From the NCBI GenBank assembly GCA_013239625.1, contig MU053873.1, forward strand, positions 2,370,524 through 2,434,523: a stretch of 64,000 bases of DNA, given 5' to 3'. The stretch comes from Lama guanicoe (taxonomy: Eukaryota). The notes below the pieces were generated by a model, which saw nothing but the letters and a program-made list of their open reading frames with translations, was not told where the DNA came from and made no database searches. The translations under genes and the position numbers were made by a program. This document shows, one piece after another, positions 59,190 to 64,000 of this stretch. Within the stretch, counting starts at the first letter, position 1, and the number at the start of each line of letters is the position of its first letter.

Positions 59190-59540
59190 AAATGTTTCAC
59201 CAGTCCTCACAATCAACCTGTAAGTCCATCCTGTCATTGTACCCACTTTACAGGTGAGCAAACTTCAGACTTGGGGAGACTGTTTACCTTGCCAGCGAGT
59301 GAAGTCACTTAGAACTTAGGAAAGAAAAAAATGAGAAGAAGGAAGGAAGCTCCAAGAGGGACGAATGACTCTTTTTGTGCACTTTGTACCTGGCTTTTCA
59401 CTTAGTCTTCACAGAAATTAGAATGAAGCAGGCACCTGGCTCCCATTTACAGATGATAACGTTGAGGTCAGAGGCTTTAAATGAGCCCTTCCAGACCATA
59501 GCAGGGAGAGATCTGGACACGCTCCTGTTCCCAGCCCAGA
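59190..59540 (-). mobile_element. Two MIR fragments
   Basis: CCCACTTTACAGGTGAGCAAACT; CCCATTTACAGATGA.AAC.TTGAGG. Confidence 0.65.
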
Positions 59541-60049
59541 CCTGTTCTCTTTCCTCTCCCCTTCCCTCAGCTCCTGAAGGAATTTCAATGACACTTCTCA
59601 TTCTTGGGGTTGTGGATACTGAGGACAATGGATCAGGCGCTTGGTGGGTGGGGGGAGAGAAACAGCCTGAGGAAGGATGCTCCTATTTTGGGGAACTTCC
59701 ATGCTTAAACGCTTCCCTTCCCGTTCTCTCTGACCTTGGGTGGCTGCCGTCACCTCAAATGCACAATAATACACTCTCAGTCACTGTTCAATGCCCCAGG
59801 GAATGGTTTAAGGCCCTCCACTGGAGTGAATATTTTTATGCAGGCTATAATTTCTTTTAAGACCTTCACAGTGTTCCTGCAGCCTCCACTGTGCCCTCTC
59901 CTCGGGAGAGCATGCGGCAGAAAGAAAAGCCACTTTCTAATGAGGGAGCAGCGAGCTTCAGGCAGAGGAGCTCAGACTGAGCCACCCCTGAGCTGAGGGC
60001 AGGGTCTGCTTTCTTATTATCTTCCATTTTGCCCCCTAAAATCTGTCCT

Positions 60050-60290
60050 CAGTAATAATAATAATTACAGCCAACATTTATATGCGTGCTTGCTATGCAT
60101 CAGGTCTACTGATCAGACCAACACTTAAAATGCCGTTTAATCGTAACAACACTGAGAGGCTGGTCTCCCATTTTACAGATGAGCTGAAAAGCACAGAGAA
60201 GGCAAATGCTGTGTGACTACCCAAGGTCATACAGTAAGAGAGGGGGAAGCTAGACTAGAAACCTAGGCAGTCTGGGTTCCATATATAATG
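60050..60290 (-). mobile_element. MIR SINE
   Basis: AATAATAATTACAGCCAACATTTAT...CCCATTTTACAGATGAG...CCCAAGGTCATACAG...AACCTAGGCAGTCTG. Confidence 0.9.
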
Positions 60291-60299
60291 GCACACTAC

Positions 60300-60893
60300 A
60301 CTCTACCCAGCAACCAGGGGGATCACTTCAAAGAACATACCCAATCATGTCACTCCCCAGCTCTAAATCCTCCAGTGGCTCCCTACTACCCTTGGGCTGG
60401 AGATCAAATCCTTCCCCACTGTGTCTCCAGGCCCTGCCTACCTCTCCATCCTTGCTTTGCCCCACATTCTACCTGGCTTTCAGCATGCCACTGCACTGGC
60501 CTCTTGTGTTACTAGAACCCTCCACACTCTCGCCACAGGGCCTTTGCACCTGCCGTTCTTCTGCCTGGAGCACTTTCAGCTATACACTTTCAATCCATTC
60601 CCACCTGGTTAATCCCATCTCATCCAAACACCACCTCCTCAGGGAAGCCTGCCCTGACTGCCACTCTTGGTCAACACCCTCATTGGTTCCCTTTGCTGCA
60701 ACTGCCACATATCTACTTGTACGTTTGTTTATGAGATCATCTGACCCACATCTGTTGCTCCAATTAAACTATCCATGGCAGAAAGACAGAAACTATGATT
60801 ATCTTATACACTGCTATTTTTCCAGGTCCTGGAATCATAGGCATCCAAAATATATGCTGAATGGCTGAATGAAGCAATGAATAAATGAATGAG
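60300..60893 (+). mobile_element. L2 LINE 3' portion
   Basis: ATCATGTCACTCCCC.GCT..AAATCCTCCAGTGGCTCCC...CCACAGGGCCTTTGCAC.TGC.GTTC.TCTGCCTGGA...CACCTCCTCAGGGAAGCCT...(GAAT)n. Confidence 0.92.
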
Positions 60894-60945
60894 CCGACAG
60901 ACATAGGGAAGGAGCAAGGCACTGGGGTTGGCAGAGCAAGTCCTG

Positions 60946-61333
60946 CAGGGCTGGGACTAGAGTAAGGCACATGAGACACTCACCTCTGACACAGAATTTA
61001 AGGGGCACTAAAAAATTCAGTAACCAAGAGAAATGTTTTAATGCAGTGTTTTAAAAATTCAAATTTAATGCAAACAAAAATCCATGATGAACAAAGTCTA
61101 AAACTTTTAAATACAGTGCTGTGTGAGTCACGTTGGAGCCTGAGGCAAAAGGAAAAATCAGTAATTCTAATTCTATCTTGGTTTAAAATTTTGGTATTTT
61201 GTTCATCAGAGATTTGTTTGTATTCATTTTTTTTAAATATTTCACTGAAGCATTTTTTATCTCAACTACTGGGATTTTGATGCCTTGCTTTAAATTTTGT
61301 GCCTAATGCTTGCCTCATTCTAATCCTGGTTTG
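60946..61333 (+). mobile_element. MER96B-like hAT MITE with long internal inverted repeats
   Basis: CAGGGCTGGGACTAGAGTAAGGCA...AATTTAAGGGGCAC.AAAAAA.TCAGTAA.CAAGA...AAAATCCATGATGAACAAA...TTGGAGCCTGAGGCAAAAGGAAAAATCAGTAA. Confidence 0.9.
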
Positions 61334-61489
61334 GTTTCAGTCTTTGCTTTGCCATCAGTTAGCTCTGCCACCTCAAGTAGCCACGTGACCACTCTGGTCT
61401 TCTTTGTCCCCACCAGTAAAGGCAGAGTGGTCAACGTTAGGTGGCTCATATTTGGTGCCTTCATCAGTGAGGTGGTGGACATGACCACT

Positions 61490-61680
61490 AAGTGTGGTGC
61501 CACAGGGCCTTTGCACTTGCAGTTTCCTTTGCCTGGAATATGCCAGGAACTTGTAAATGGCAGCTGCCCAACTAGTAATATCACTTCTATTTCACAAACA
61601 AGGTAAACGAGGCTCAGAGATATTAAATGTGTTGCTTCCAGTTGCAAATTTTAAGGTACAGAGCTGAGTCTTGAAACTTA
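61490..61680 (-). mobile_element. MIR SINE
   Basis: ATTTCACAAACAAGGTAAACGAGGCTCAGAGATATTAAATG. Confidence 0.65.
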
Positions 61681-62339
61681 ATCTTCTGTTCTCCACTGTT
61701 TCTCCAAGTCCCCTCAGTGGGCACAGGCACAGCCTGAGAACAGAGCAGAGAAGAACAGAGAGCAAGCGAGGGGCAGAGACAGGACTGGAATCTAGGTCTC
61801 ATGGTTCTCAGCTCAGGCACTTCCTTCAACCTCATGGTGCGTTCAAAACTTGCAAAGACTTATAAGGCTATTTGCAGTGCCACATAAAGACACCAGCAAA
61901 CTATGTAGCTCAGAAGTGGGGACATTTGAGACATTTTCCAGCGGCCAGCCAGGAGGCATCCTACCTTCATGGTGGTCTCATACTTCATGCAGCTGAGAAT
62001 TCTCTCATCTCTGACCTTGTGGAGATGCCCAGGCCCTTCTAGAAGCCTGGAACAGTAAAAAGGGGGCCACTTGGAGAGACAGATGGTCTTCTGAGAAGAG
62101 GAACTTTGGGAAAACTCTTCACAAACAAGCTCTCCTCCACTCCTCGGTTCCTCTGCTATCAGCAGAAAAAATGTACTGTGAAAACAGTACAAGCTGTGCA
62201 GTTGGACAAAGGTGGACTTGAACCCAGCTGCCTGGCCTTGGACAGTCAATTCACCTGTTTGCCACACCATTCACTCATCAAGAGTGTGTGAGGGATGTTG
62301 TGAGAGTGACAGAAGGCCATAGGTTCATTTATGCATTTT

Positions 62340-62790
62340 TTTTGTATAAATGGGATCATATTCGGTACACTTTTCTGCAAAGATATATTTTCACCCTTAG
62401 TGTTTTTTGAGTATCTTTGCATGGGTCTGAAGAATGCAGGTTTTAGAGACAGGTCCTTTGGTTTGAATCCCAGATCTGCAACCTGATGGCTGAAGAAACG
62501 TCCTAATGTTCTACTCTCACCTTTCTCCAATGTTCACATCTGTAAAATGGGGAGGTTGATGTTGTTCATGGTACAGCTGAGAAGATTACGTGAGGGGCTG
62601 CAAGGAGAGTGCCTGACCTCTAGTATAAGGGCTCAGTAAACACTGGCTAATGTTGTTCCAAAACCCGACTCAGGTTCTTTTTGGCTACTGCTGAAAAGAG
62701 TTTACTCCAGAATGTGCTTAACCTTGATCCTGGTGATGGACATCTGGACTGTTTCCAACATTCACTACAGAACTGTATGTCAGGCTGGGG
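62340..62790 (-). mobile_element. L1ME-like fragment split by a + strand MIR (62430-62655)
   Basis: ATAAATGGGATCATA...TTTTCTGCAA | MIR GGTTTGAATCCCAG...CATCTGTAAAATGGGG | TGATGGACATCTGGACTGTTTCCAA. Confidence 0.7.
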
Positions 62791-63184
62791 GATGCAGGTT
62801 CCACATGACATTGATCACAGTCATTATGGCCAAGAAAGTGAGTGCTTTTGAGGCAGGAAATACAAAAGGGAAGGTTTGTTTTATCATTATCGTGTTGATG
62901 TTTTACAATGAGCAAATTCTCATGTATAGCTTGCAGGAGACGAAGAAAATTGTAAGAAAGAAAACAAAAGCTAAGGAAAGGAAGAAAGGAGTGAGAAGAC
63001 AAAGGTGGAGAGGTTAGTAAATGCCAGGGGTAGATCTGAAATATTCCAGGTTCCCCGGAAATGGTATTGTATCATCAATCCCCTGTGACTATCCCGACTC
63101 TGGGATTACTTGGCATCTGACTAATCCAAGAGAGGGAAAAAAGTCTTCCAGATCCATTGTTTTGTGGTGTTAAAGGACTGGCAA

Positions 63185-63370
63185 TGTGTGCGTGCCTGCG
63201 TGTGTGTGTGGAGATGTGTTTCTCTGTGTAAGTGTACGTACGTGCATGTCTGTGCCTGTGCACATCTGCATTATGTATGCGGTGCGTGTGTGCACATCTG
63301 TATGTAAGGATGTCCATGAGGGCATTTCCTTACGTGTGGGTGCACATCCGTGTGTGTGTTTGTGTGTGTG
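63185..63370. repeat. Degenerate (TG)n tract
   Basis: Direct reading. Confidence 0.9.
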
Positions 63371-64000
63371 TTCTCTTTAGCAGACAACAAGCCCAAAAAA
63401 TGCGGTGAAGGATAATGAGTGTGAAATAGTTCTGAACACTGCCTGCTCCTTTACACGTGTGGTGAGGGTGTGTTAACATTCACGTTCAGGATGAAAAGCC
63501 GTTTTGATTGACCTTCCCCACCCTTCCCCTCTCCCTTTGCCTCCTTCAGATTCTCTAATTGTCAGCTCTGTCCACACAAAGAGCAGTGGATCCCAGCAGA
63601 ATGTAACCTCCCCTGACCGAGTCGTTTGAGAAAGCCAAGCTTTCTGGTTGATGGAAGATCACCCTTCTTTAATTACTGTTTTGAAAATTACATTTTGGAT
63701 GGAAATCTCTGCAAAACACACTCTGTTCTTTGATGTTTGGACGGGAGCCCTTGAACTAAATCTCAGATCTATCATTATGAGCATGACTCATTTTCCAGAG
63801 AGAGACGAAAGGGCTGGCATGTATGGGGTGTTTTCTCCACCACAAAGTGGCCCTGGACTGCTCAAGTTTTGACATTTGTGAGGCTTTTAGCACACAGTCC
63901 TTTCCCTTCTAGTCCCCAAAGGCATCCGCAGCCACCTGTATCTGCTTTTACCTGAAGCTGTTTGCTTCCTTCTTTCTTCTATTTGTTGCATCCAACCTGC

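Noticed and set aside
1..64000. CRISPR array, operon or other prokaryote-type system
   Set aside because: Sequence is clearly mammalian; no regularly spaced repeat-spacer array or gene-dense structure was seen.

Overview
Mammalian non-coding DNA with two assembly gaps. It is probably camelid (alpaca/camel), judged from a tRNA-Ala-derived SINE at ~58.1 kb, a young L1 3' tail at ~33.3 kb, and the absence of Alu, B1, BovB/Bov-A, PRE-1 or Can-SINE copies. I find no supportable protein-coding gene: the long ORFs come from simple repeats or decayed transposons. The window is a mosaic of ancient interspersed repeats and microsatellites. The repeats include very many MIRs, L2, old L1M, MaLR/ERVL/ERV1 solo LTRs, hAT elements (MER5/20/58/96/102) and a probable CR1/L3 fossil. 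Between them lie about a dozen repeat-free islands dense in homeodomain, PBX-HOX-MEIS, POU, FOX and bHLH motifs, which look like developmental enhancers in a gene desert or large intron. Repeat families were recognised by eye from recalled consensus sequences, so boundaries are approximate (about +/-20-50 bp) and subfamily names are tentative. Conservation of the enhancer-like islands is inferred, not measured. I see no firm evidence for a novel biological system; the best leads are the candidate enhancer array, a (TG)n-preceded 81-nt exon-like unit and a cloverleaf-intact SINE.
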